A DNA stretch of 64,000 nucleotides, from assembly GCF_006345805.1 (NCBI RefSeq), contig NW_021831990.1:1-64000 (forward strand). The letters are read 5' to 3'. How positions within the stretch are numbered: position 1 is the first letter of the stretch; each line of letters starts with the position of its first letter. The position numbers and the translations under genes were made by a program. Below the pieces are notes generated by a model that was not told where the DNA came from, did not search any database, and saw only the letters and a program-made list of their open reading frames with translations. This DNA is from Octopus sinensis. Taxonomy: Eukaryota. Below, piece after piece: positions 26,757 through 38,587 of the stretch.

Positions 26757-27419
26757 GGTATAAGATCGCACCATCGTTGTGAACTATTAGACTTTGATTC
26801 TGGGAAACCAGTTCCAATGAAACGCGTCTAAAGGATCCGGCAAATAACGCGGAGGATTGAAGCAATACTTGGATAGTTATAATAAACAAGCAGAAAATGG
26901 AGTCAACGGTACAATGAGATTGGTGCTGTATCTGTGACGAGCTCTTCAAACGCCTTTCAGGGCTCAAAAGTTATTGAAGATCTCACGCTGGGAAAGAGCA
27001 ATTGCAGGTAAAAGAAGAGGTTAAGCTCGGCAAGAAGCAGACAGTGACAATGTGTTGTATGTATGTATGTGTGTGTGTCTGTGAGTGTGCATGTGTAACA
27101 TGTGTGTAAGTATTTAGGGACTTGTGGTATGTCTATGCGCTTGTGTATATTTAACTGCGTATTTGTACGCATATATAGGTAAATATATTACAAAATTAGT
27201 CTCGGCCAGAAATTTTAATTTGCACCTCATGGTTTATTTAACGGTTGAATGAGCCGTCAGTCGAAACTTAAAGACTTTTTAAAAGAAAATTATAATAAGA
27301 TCTATAATAAATATTGAATCTTCTCATCAGTAGGCGTTCTGCTATTCACAGAATTGCTTTCAAATAACTTTAAATAAACATTTACATAAGTAAATATGCG
27401 CGTGCGTGACTCTGTGTGC

Positions 27420-27460
<41 letters not shown>

Positions 27461-27739
27461 AGGTACACATCTGGATTGCAAAGCCACTCGATTTAACTGA
27501 AGCTATGTATAGAAATAAACTGACATATGTACACACGGCTATATTTGTTTCAATAATACTATTTATTTATCTTATCACTCAGCTGTTTAGTACACATGTA
27601 TTATTTGTTTTACATTTACGCTTGTACACGTATATATATGTGTGTGCGTGTGTGTGTGTGTGTATATACGGAGAGAGGAAAAGAGAGAAGGAGATACATA
27701 TATACATATAAATATATTCTTCTACTCTTTTACTATTTT

Positions 27740-28105
27740 CCTTGTTTCAGTCATTTGACTGCGACACCGCCTTCAGTCGAACAAATTGACCCCAGGACTT
27801 ATTCTTTGCTTAGTACTTATTCTATCGGTCTCTTTTTTGCCGAACCGTTAAGTTACGGGGACGTAAACACACCAACATCGGTTGTCAAGCGTTGGTGGAC
27901 GGACAAACACACAAACACACACAAATATTTATATATATATGACGGGCTTCTTTCATTTTCCTTCAACCAAATCCACTCACAAGTATTTGGTCGGCCCGAG
28001 GCTATAGCAGAAGACGCTTGACCAAGGTGCCATGCAGTGGGACTGAACCCAGAACTATATGGTTGGGAAGCAAACTTCTTACCACACAGCCACGCCTGCG
28101 CCCAT
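27740..28105 (-). mobile_element. SINE family B
   Basis: Consensus match. Confidence 0.85.
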
Positions 28106-28236
28106 ATGCATATATATATACGCACATATATATATATATATATATCTTATCCTTATTTATATATATATATATATATATACAAGTCACTCGCTATGCAAGT
28201 ACATCTCCGTATTTTATTTATATGATTTATACTTAT

Positions 28237-28283
<47 letters not shown>

Positions 28284-28286
<3 letters not shown>

Positions 28287-29452
28287 GCAGAAATACCCGG
28301 CGTTGCCTGGGTTAAAGAGAATAATGATATTTTAAAATGCCGTATTGATTACGCAGGTCTCAACTGCTAGTAGCTGAGATACCAACTTTCTACATTAATA
28401 ACTTTCTAACCCATGCCAGCATGGAACATCGACGTTATGTGAAATGTTAAAAGAAAGTTTTCAACTACTATATGTATATAAAGTAAATACACGTAATTCA
28501 AAAACACGTTTTGTGTAGCTTATTTCGTAACCAAAAAGCAGGTACAGATTATAAACAATGAAAGGCAGATTTTCGTGATTCATTTGACAGAAACAGTAAA
28601 GAGCCAATCTGATGATAAAACTGATCTAGGATCTTGAAAGTTTGCATGAATCCTGGCTCAGTTAAATCTCTTGTGGCTCCAAATGATGTCATCTGTAGTA
28701 CAACGTTGTATTGTTTAATTTTGTTTTAGAAGTGCTTGGAGTCTTGGTCGGTTGATGACTACAGTTTCTTCAATGGCTCTATAGGTTGGGGGATTGCAGA
28801 GAGTTTAACCTTTCCACCGCTGCAGCACGGTGCAAGTGTCTCCAGGCCACTTCCTTGCTTTACAATGTATGTATTCAGTTGTCATTGCACCAATGGAAAC
28901 TCTAGTGTCGTCTGCATAATGAACTGCTGGATCATAATTGAAAGTTGCTTCATAGAAGTTGCTTCTCTGAGCTGCTGCAATTTCTTTTCGTTCTGCAGTG
29001 GAGATCCTACTCCTTGTGAGTCGTGCATACATCTGTACATCACTTTGAGATCCTCTGGCTCTTATAGTGCAGTCTGTTTGTTTCTTGGTATGCTTCCTTT
29101 CTGTAGCTGTCTCTTTTCCCACGGACAGAGGCATTATTTTACTTGGCCTTGACATTGTAGACAAATTTGACACTTTCATTCAAGACACGGTTATATACGT
29201 ATACAGAAATACACGGGTACAGAAGATACTAAACAATGAAAATAACTGGGTAATGGAAATTCTATTTCTTAATACGACGGGCAGAAAGTAAATAAGAAAT
29301 AAGATGTTTTCTGCCCTCAAGGACCAGTCACACATTATGTAAAAGATTTTAAGAGTCTAAAACCATTCCTAGAACATAAGAAATGTATGTTCGCGTTTGG
29401 AGAAATAAGTTGAAACGTACTGTCTTTATAATCTTTTACACACACACATAGA
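28284..29452 (-). mobile_element. Internally deleted Helitron retaining a Rep N-terminal fragment
   Basis: FNYDPAVHY..IGAMTTEYIHCKARKW..CCSGGKVKL..PLKKL..SKHF..QMTSFGA..GFMQTFKI..YHQIGSLL; 3' hairpin CCCAGGCAACGCCGGG followed by CTAG at 28284-28287; probable 5' TCTATG at 29452. Confidence 0.82.
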
Positions 29453-30194
29453 CAGAACGGGATTTATATTATAGACATGCATATATATGTATATATATAT
29501 GCCTATATGTATATAAGCATATATATATATTAAGGTATGTAGAAAAATACAACATGGACAAGAACGTATAACTCTTAGAAGACGACACAATAAACATGGA
29601 CAGGACATTCGAACCCTCAGTCTTCAGTCAAGAACCGGATCATCGTAGTAATTTCGGCTGATTAATCTTGAGATTACTAGATCACGGCCAGCCCTCCAAG
29701 AAAAACTAAGCAACGAGCATTAGAAAACTAAGCTGGAAGCGTAGATTTCCTGGAAGAAGGATCGAATGCATACGAAACCAGGACAGCAAAAGGACAGATA
29801 TAAAAAAAACAAAAAACAATAATGGAATACAGAAACATGAAATACAGAAGCATTAACGGTGAAACAACAAGTGTCTTACGACTGATAACAAGCAAACAAA
29901 TTTTTTCTCTCTCTCTATGCATATTAATATATACATATATATACATATGCATGTATATATATAATATATATATATGCACATATATATATACATATATATT
30001 ATATATATATGCACATATAATATACGTATATATATATATATTATTTATATATATATATATATATAATAATATATATATATAAACTGGCGACATTGCAAGA
30101 ATGACGCTGCACACGAAGGTTCCCCCCACATTTTACAATTACTCGTCACATATTAGATGTTATTTAACATCTTCATGGATAAAAACATTGTATT

Positions 30195-30595
30195 AGATGC
30201 AGGAGTGGCTGTGTGGCAAGAAGCTTGCTTCCAAACCAGATTCTTCCGGGTTCAGTCCCACTGCGTGGCACCTTGGGCCACTGTCTTCTACTATAGTCTC
30301 GGGACGGCCAAAGTCTTGTGAGTGGATTTGATAGTGATAGAAGCTGAAAGAGGCCCGATGTATATATATATATATATGTATGTATATGTTTGTGTGTCTG
30401 TGTTTGTCCTCTCACCATTGCTTAACAACCGATGTTGGTGTGTTTACGTCCCTTGAATTTAGCCGTTCGGCAAAAACCACCAATAGAATAAGTACTAAGC
30501 TTACAAAGTATAAGTTGTGGTGTCGATGTATTCTACTAAAGGCGGTGCTCCAGCATTGTCGCAGTCAAATGGCTGAAACAAATAAAAGAATATTC
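30195..30595 (+). mobile_element. SINE family B
   Basis: Consensus match. Confidence 0.85.
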
Positions 30596-30914
30596 AATCA
30601 CGCTTCACTGTACGTGTGTACACCAATATTATGCGTTGCCCCCCTCCCTCTACTCCTCGCTCATTCTCTCTTTTTCCATTTTCTCTCTCCATCGTTCTCT
30701 CCCGCTTTCTACTCTTCTTCCCATTCCCTTTTCGTTCTGTCTTCCTCGCCTTCCACTTATTCTTTTTCTCTGCCTTCTCTCTCTCTCTCTCTCTCTGTCT
30801 CCCCATTTCCTCTGACTGTAACCCACAGCATGTCTCTCTTTTCACTCCTTTTATCCAACTCCCCAACTACCAATTGCAAAAACCTGTTACATAAAGAGAT
30901 GTAAATCCGACACT

Positions 30915-31320
30915 GCTTCTCCTTGTCTCTTGCTCTCTTACTCTTTTTCTTTTTCTCTTGTTCTCTTAGTCTTTTCCCTGTCTCTTACGCTCTTAGCTTT
31001 TTTCTTTTTCTCTTGCTCTCTTACTCCTTTTCTTTCTCTCTTGTTCTCTTAGTCTTTTTCCTTGTCTCTTAAACTCTTAGCCTTTTTCTTTTTCTCTTGC
31101 TCTTTTACTCCTTCTCTTTTTCCCTTTCTCTCTTACTCCTTTTCCTTGTCTCTTACTCTCTTAGCATTTTTCCTTGTCTCTTAGTCTTTTTCTTTTTCTC
31201 TTGCCCTCTTACTGCTTTTCTTTCTCTCTTGCTCTCTTACTCCTTTTCTTTTTCTCTAGTTCTCTTAGCCTTTTTCTTTTTCTCTTGCTCTCTTAGTCAT
31301 TTTCCTTTGCTTGTCTAAAG
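30915..31320. repeat. Polypyrimidine minisatellite (TCTCTTGCTCTCTTACTCC-type units)
   Basis: Direct reading. Confidence 0.85.
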
Positions 31321-31940
31321 CATACAACGCTAAGCTTTAATTTCTCTTGTTTCTCTAATTGCTATATTTATTTTCGCTGTACGTAAACTTTATATTGTTG
31401 TTGTTTCACTTTGTATTTCTACGCTTTTTGGCCACGTTTTTTGTTTATCTGACTCCACGTATTCTTTGCTTGTCTTCTCACTTCCTGAATTTTGTTTTAT
31501 TTGTGGAAGTTATTCATATATTTATGCGTGTGTTTATGTATGTACGAATATGCATGTATTAGCCATCGGCTACATTTTGGTTTATCCAGTAACTACATGG
31601 AATCCTGGGTTTTGCTAAGCACCGTATTTTGCTAAGCAGCCTACATTTCTAATATGAGATATTTGACAACAAAATATTGGAGGAAATATGATTTTCCGAT
31701 TGATGAACGCAAACGTACTTTATTCTGACATTGCACGACGTTTTAGCCTTATATTAGTGTTGGATAAGAGAAGTTACTCTTACATACCGGTAAGTTAAGG
31801 GGATGTAAACGAACCAACACTGACTATAAAGCAGTGGAGGAGACAACACAAACACAGACACACACACATGCACACTTACATACTTATATATATATATATG
31901 AGAGATTGTGTGTGTGTGTGTGTGTGTGTGTTGTGTGTGT

Positions 31941-31974
<34 letters not shown>

Positions 31975-32544
31975 TGTGTGTGTGTACGGACGACGAACCT
32001 CCACACATTTTCCATCTACACTTTCCTTCTTGCTATCTTATCCTTTTTGGTTTTTTCTGGGTCAAAGGATAAGAGACGCTAAGGGGATGCATATTCCTGC
32101 TTGTGACTGTACAGGCAGCTACAACAATAAGCGAAAGCATGGTACATGCTTCCGAATGACGGCTTTGTATGTTTCTTGTGAGTTTATGTATTTACTGCAG
32201 ATATTATGGTGGAGGGATCGTTTCATTAGTGTATTTTTACTGTTCTGCGCAAAGGTATCGGAATGAATTCGCCTCCAATGCAAGGCGATACACACATATG
32301 TGAAAACATGTAATAACTAAACAAAAATGAGCTAAGAGAAATAAATCAGGGGACCATATCAATCATGTAGTAAATTGTAGTTTTCTCTTTTTAATAAGTT
32401 GAAATTTCATATTTCATATTTTCAAGAGTTTCTTCTAGTTTTTTTGAAACATTAAAAATTCTATATCTATCAAAAACCTTCGTGAAGTTTCGTCTTTATT
32501 AACATTCCAGTAGCAGTTTTAATAAACATACATACATACATACA

Positions 32545-32576
<32 letters not shown>

Positions 32577-33228
32577 CATACATACATACATATACAATAT
32601 TCTAATATCGGCACAAGGCCAGTTACTTTGAGAGGAAGTCAATTACACCAAGCCATGTTCGACTAGTGTATATTTTATTGCAACTGAGAGTATTAAAGGC
32701 CGAATCGACGATGCGGCATTTGAAGAACGTAAAGAACTGGAAGAAATATCGCAAAACATTTTTTCCAAACGCTGTAACGATTCTGCCAGCTCGACAGAAT
32801 CTTTAGTATCTACATATCTGTCTATCTATATAGCGTTCACCACTTCACCTCGTTATGGCTTAACAGCCCTCACCGTTTGTTTTTACTGTTTTGTTCTTAT
32901 TGTCCTATTTTTTGTTACCACTTTAACACACAGCAAAAAATCCCAGATTTTATTTAATTTGTTTTGCGGGAACGACTGTTTTAACGAAGTCGCGTATTGT
33001 CCCCTACCTTCGAGACGCGGAGTAGATAAAACAGGGGACAATTGATGAAGGGGATCTTACCTGTCTTGTTTCTCTGTTTGTTTCTTTCGTTGTTAGAAAA
33101 AAAGTTCGTTTTCCATGCTTTTGTTCACGTTTTTTAAAGTCCTGTACCCATATATACATGTATATATACATATATATGTAGGCATGTACTTGTATGTGCG
33201 TAAGTTTTATCTACAGACACACACACCA

Positions 33229-33270
<42 letters not shown>

Positions 33271-33274
33271 ATAC

Positions 33275-33305
<31 letters not shown>

Positions 33306-33424
33306 ATATATACGTATATATATATACATATATATGTATATATATGCATGTATACATACATATATATACACACATATATCTATTTATGTGTGTATATATA
33401 TATATATATACATGCATATTTATC

Positions 33425-33612
33425 ATTCGCCATGATAGATCGCTAGCCACTACACATTCTTTATTTTTCTCTCCCTGTTTCTTTCTGTGTTCCTTTATGT
33501 AGAAGAGCGTAGGCTCGAAACGTTAAAGACTTTCTCACTTCCCGAGCGTTAAACTAATATATCTGTTTCTTTTCTACACCATCTGTCTTCGTCTTTTTTT
33601 TGTGAACTCTCC
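33425..33612 (+). mobile_element. Family F mini-element with hammerhead-like motif (33493-33529)
   Basis: CTTTaTGTAGAAGAGCGTAGGCTCGAAACGTTAAAG; (TA)n on both sides. Confidence 0.75.
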
Positions 33613-33664
33613 CTATATATATGTATATATATATATACAAATATATGTATATGTGTATATATAC

Positions 33665-33720
<56 letters not shown>

Positions 33721-34542
33721 AGAAATATATATATGCATATATATACATATATATGTATACGTGTATATATATATATATACATATAAGTATCTACATATAT
33801 ATACATTCATCTACTCTTTTAAAGGACGTGCCCATGTATGTATGTATATATGATGTATGTATGTATGTATATATATATATATATATATACTATATATATA
33901 TATATATATAGGGAAATAGAAATGCACATAAATTCGCAAGCACACCATTTTCCCATGCACACCCTCCCCTATATATATATATGTGTGCGTGTCATTCATT
34001 CGCATATTCATGTTCACGTGACTGCAGAAAAATTACATGCTTTATAATTCCTTTAAAAAACAAAACATGCGGAATATTTATGATTTTTAATTTTCTAAAA
34101 TTCTTTTTTCTGCCACTTATGCATTTGTTATTCTACTCGCTAGTTACATTATACTTGAAATAATTCTATTGTCGAAACAGAATTGAATTTATTTCTTTAA
34201 ACTAAAATAATACATACTGTTTTAATTGTTCTTGTTCGTTCGTTCATTCAATTTATCTCTTTCGTTCTTTTATATCTCTCAATATCTGTCTTTATATCTC
34301 GTTTTTGTCCATCTCCAAATATATGTGTGTATATGTGTGTGGGTGTATGCGCTTATATGCATATGCGTGGGTGTGTTTTCGCATGTATATATATCTATCA
34401 ACTTGAGTGTGTGTACGCAGGTGCATACTATATAAGTTCTTATTTCTACATCTATGGCGTCTTTATATAACTTTGAATTTTTATACACACATCTATACAC
34501 ACTCTCTGATACATATAAGTAGATAAATAGATAGATAGATAG

Positions 34543-34581
<39 letters not shown>

Positions 34582-34614
34582 CAGACATACAGATAGATAG
34601 ATAGACAGACATAC

Positions 34615-34650
<36 letters not shown>

Positions 34651-34651
<1 letters not shown>

Positions 34652-34800
34652 TGTTTCTTTATTAGCCACACAGGGCTGCACACAGATAGAACATTACAAG
34701 GTAAGCTTTTCTTTTGAAGGTATTAAAAAAAAAAAAAAAAGGAGGGGGAGGTTCGATCAAAAGGGATCGTAAAAGGAGAGAAGAGGACAAAAATAAGGGG

Positions 34801-34836
<36 letters not shown>

Positions 34837-35568
34837 GGGAGAGAGGAAAAAATGATCAATAGGGATCGTTATCACAGAAATGTCAATATGAAGTTGTAAA
34901 GGGGAGGACAGGTGAAGTTTACCCGTGGAAAGAAAACCTGCGGAAAAGACCACGGTACCTCGGTCAATGAAGTCACATTTTATATTTCTTTTTTTTTTTT
35001 TTTTTTTTTTGCAAATAGCAAACTCTCTGTTTTCGATTTCTGGGTCATAGGCTATGCTCAAGGTGGCTTCGTCATTCATACGTGCCATTCTTGCTACATT
35101 CCCCCATTTTTTTTAAAACATTCGCTAGACAAAACTTGCCTCTCTACCTCACTTTCCTTTTCAAGTGGTACTTGAAGAAGTTGATGATAGATTGACCAGA
35201 GAGGAAGTGTTTGTCTCCAATCCTTTCAGACGCGTCACCAGATACATTCTTTCGCCATAGCCCCAAGGATATGAAAATAGCTCTTCCTCCCGTTTGAAGG
35301 AAGGAGGCGTGACAATATTGACGATAGACTCAGCTGATAAACCGACTCGTCCCACACTTGACAGCAGTTGTTCGACTAAGCCCACAGGTCGGAAATTGTT
35401 TGGACACTGAACGAGTGCGTGCAGAACGGTTTCGTCGCTCTGACCGCATCTCGGGCAGGTCGGCCCGTGTTTTTCTCGAGCCGTGTCTTTAGAGCTATCC
35501 CGAACGGGTAGCGCTTCTCGGTAGCACTGCCAGGCCAGGGATCTCTGGAAGTTGTCCATGGGCCCTGG
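34651..35568 (-). mobile_element. 5'-truncated Tx1 copy flanked on both sides by (GATA)n
   Basis: CPRCGQSDETVLHALVQCP zinc knuckle; 3' end matches 38212; GATA arrays at 34520-34651 and 35567-35646. Confidence 0.92.
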
Positions 35569-35611
35569 ATAGATAGATAGATAGAATAGATAGATAGATA
35601 GATAGATAGAT

Positions 35612-35647
<36 letters not shown>

Positions 35648-35967
35648 TGTGGGCTTGAATGACGTTTCGTGTTATATTTTTATATCGTTAACACACATTA
35701 AAGACAGAAATTTCATTTGCTTCTACATGTGAATGGACGAAAATATCACGCGCTCTGAGTATAACGACTGAACAGAGAAATATGTGACGCGCTTTCTTCG
35801 ACTTTTCGCTAACCAATGAAACCTTGACGATTAATCGTGTTTCGATGCGTTTACAAGTACTTTTAGTCTATATTTCATCAGAATGTTTCCTTATTGGTTC
35901 GTTTTAATAATCAGTAACCTAAAAACATAGACGTACGATTCATGTAGCTTCGGCTTTTAATAATAAT

Positions 35968-36016
<49 letters not shown>

Positions 36017-36024
36017 TCAACATC

Positions 36025-36106
<82 letters not shown>

Positions 36107-36109
<3 letters not shown>

Positions 36110-36395
36110 GCCCTGATGCAGTACCAGGCAGTGGCTCTCGTGGCTTCTGATCTTAACTGATTGAAAGTGTTATCATGTACATTGTTTTGTCTTGGTATAA
36201 AAGATGGGCGGCAGCAAATATTCTGCTCAATACCACAGATTTGCTTGTCACTTGTTTGACCTTAACCAGTTGAGCATGTCCCTTAATGGCTGACGATATG
36301 TGCATCTCTGATCACGAGCAGAAGTAGTGGAGGAGCATCATAGCCATGTGTTGAGAGGGATTCTTTGGGGTTTGAATAATTTTCCTCTGGAAACA
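36107..36395 (+). mobile_element. Family D 5' portion, directly after (AAC)n(AAT)n
   Basis: Overlaps the 18417 copy; begins AATAATAAATGCCCTGATGCAG. Confidence 0.85.
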
Positions 36396-36632
36396 TTTTT
36401 TCCCTTTTGGTTCCGATATTAATGGATATAGTCTTGCGTTGGCTAATATTTTTTTCAATGATTTCGGTTGCATTTTGCTCTTGTGTGAGCCTAAAATTTT
36501 GCTCATCCTTTTATCTCCTGTGAGAATGGGTAGATTTTGTATGATAATGTTGAAGGCTTCATTGTTTCTATGATTATGTGTGGAGACGTATGGGAGTATT
36601 TTAACGTCTGGTGTACTATATTATATCATATA

Positions 36633-36677
<45 letters not shown>

Positions 36678-36704
36678 TATATATATATATACATACATAC
36701 ATAC

Positions 36705-36890
36705 CGTTGGCGATTTTTTTCCTCTGTCTTCCCTTCTCTGGATCTTTCCTTCCCCTATGTTTCTGACGAAGAGCTCCGCTCGAAACGTTAAACCCTCCTT
36801 CTTTCCTTCTTTCCTGAGCGTCCAATAATACTATATTTTTTCCACGTCCTCGCGTTGTTGTGCTTTTTTTGTGTCTTCTTGTTTGGATTA

Positions 36891-36895
<5 letters not shown>
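36705..36895 (+). mobile_element. (TA)n-flanked mini-element family G with minimal hammerhead (36758-36793); second copy at 44995-45260 (-)
   Basis: GTTT-CTGACGA-A-GAGC TCC GCTC-GAAACGTT-AAAC. Confidence 0.75.
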
Positions 36896-36925
<30 letters not shown>

Positions 36926-37858
36926 GCATACATACGTATACACATAAATACAACATATTTAATGCAAATTAATTGCGGTACGCGACGGAGGTAATATCTC
37001 TTATGAAGTAATGTGTTAAAAGCACGAATATACAAGTAACAGGCGAACATTATCTAACAGCAGTGATGATAATCCTAGATGCACATTTCTCCCTCGTTGG
37101 GCTTCGTCAGTAGCATGTACTCTCTGTGAACGTTATGCTCAAACAAATCCGTTATGCATCCAGTGTTCTACCCGTCGCTGCTGAAAGGTTTCCGTCTGCT
37201 ACTGATGTATCTGCGTTTTCAAGCTCAGTACGTCCATAAATGTTATTTCCGGATAATCACTACAGTTAATTTGCGTTCACGCCCTGTATTTGCATTTAGT
37301 ATGATACAGAGATGGCGAATATTGATTATATTGCACAAAACGGATTTTTATTCATCCGGCTGATTATTTGCCACACAAGTGATTTATCAGTTACTGTTTT
37401 TCTGTATCTCTAACAACAGAATTGTGTCTTAGCATGCAGTTCAGGGTGAGTAGATGCCACTCACAAAACACAATGCCCGTCTATAATTTTCACCGCCACA
37501 GCCAGACAATTTCTATCGTCTGCTTCTGTACTTGTGTCTTAATAAACCTGTTTCTTAAAAAAACAGGGTCATTTCCTAGTTCAAATAGCAATGACATCGA
37601 ATTCCTTTCTTTTATATTAGTAGTGAATAGCCTGACAGAAACTCAGTCAGTTCAAAATATATCACTAGATACGAGTACTCTAGCTATGTGTGTACTCATA
37701 TATAGATATGAGTGTGCATTTGTGTGTGCGTGAGCATGTGTACTGTACATACATATACGCATATATATATGATATATAATTGAATATATGCATGCGTATA
37801 TGAAAAAGTCTTACCAATTTGTTTTATTTCGGTATATGTACACTGTATATATATATAT

Positions 37859-37917
<59 letters not shown>

Positions 37918-37940
37918 CAAATATATTATATGTGTATATA

Positions 37941-37984
<44 letters not shown>

Positions 37985-38076
37985 ATATATACATAATATA
38001 TATGCATATATATATACATATATGTGTGTGTAGAGTATTCTACGATTTATTTAGAATATTCAAGAGATAGATAGAT

Positions 38077-38118
<42 letters not shown>

Positions 38119-38177
38119 CAGATAGATAATAGATAGATGATAGATAGATAGATAATAGATAGATAGATAGATGATAT

Positions 38178-38213
<36 letters not shown>

Positions 38214-38587
38214 TGTTTCTTTATTAGCACACAGGGCTGCACACAGATAGAACAAATTACAAGGTAGAGCTTTTCTTTTGAAGGTTTAAAAAAAAAAATA
38301 ATAATAATAATATAATAATAATAATAAAATAAAAAATAAAATAAAATAAAAAAATGGGGTGTCGATCAAAAGGGATCGTAAAAGGAGAGAAGAGGACAAA
38401 AAAAAGGGGGGTTAAAAAAAAGGGGGAGAGGAAAAAAATTGATCAATAGGGATCGTTATCACAGAAATGTCAATATGAAGTGTAAAGGGGAGGACACCCG
38501 TGAGGTTTACCCGTGTAAATGATTCTATGAACTTTTTTGCAAATAAGCAACTCTCTGTATTAATTTTACGGTTCATAGAATCATAGT

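Noticed and set aside
29590-29640. CTGAAGA...GAATGTC as a hammerhead (minus strand)
   Set aside because: Core incomplete (no GAAA) and helix I does not pair
32995-33055. Family E GAAACGCG/CTGATGAAG motifs as a type II hammerhead
   Set aside because: Motif order and pairing do not give a consistent three-helix junction in either copy
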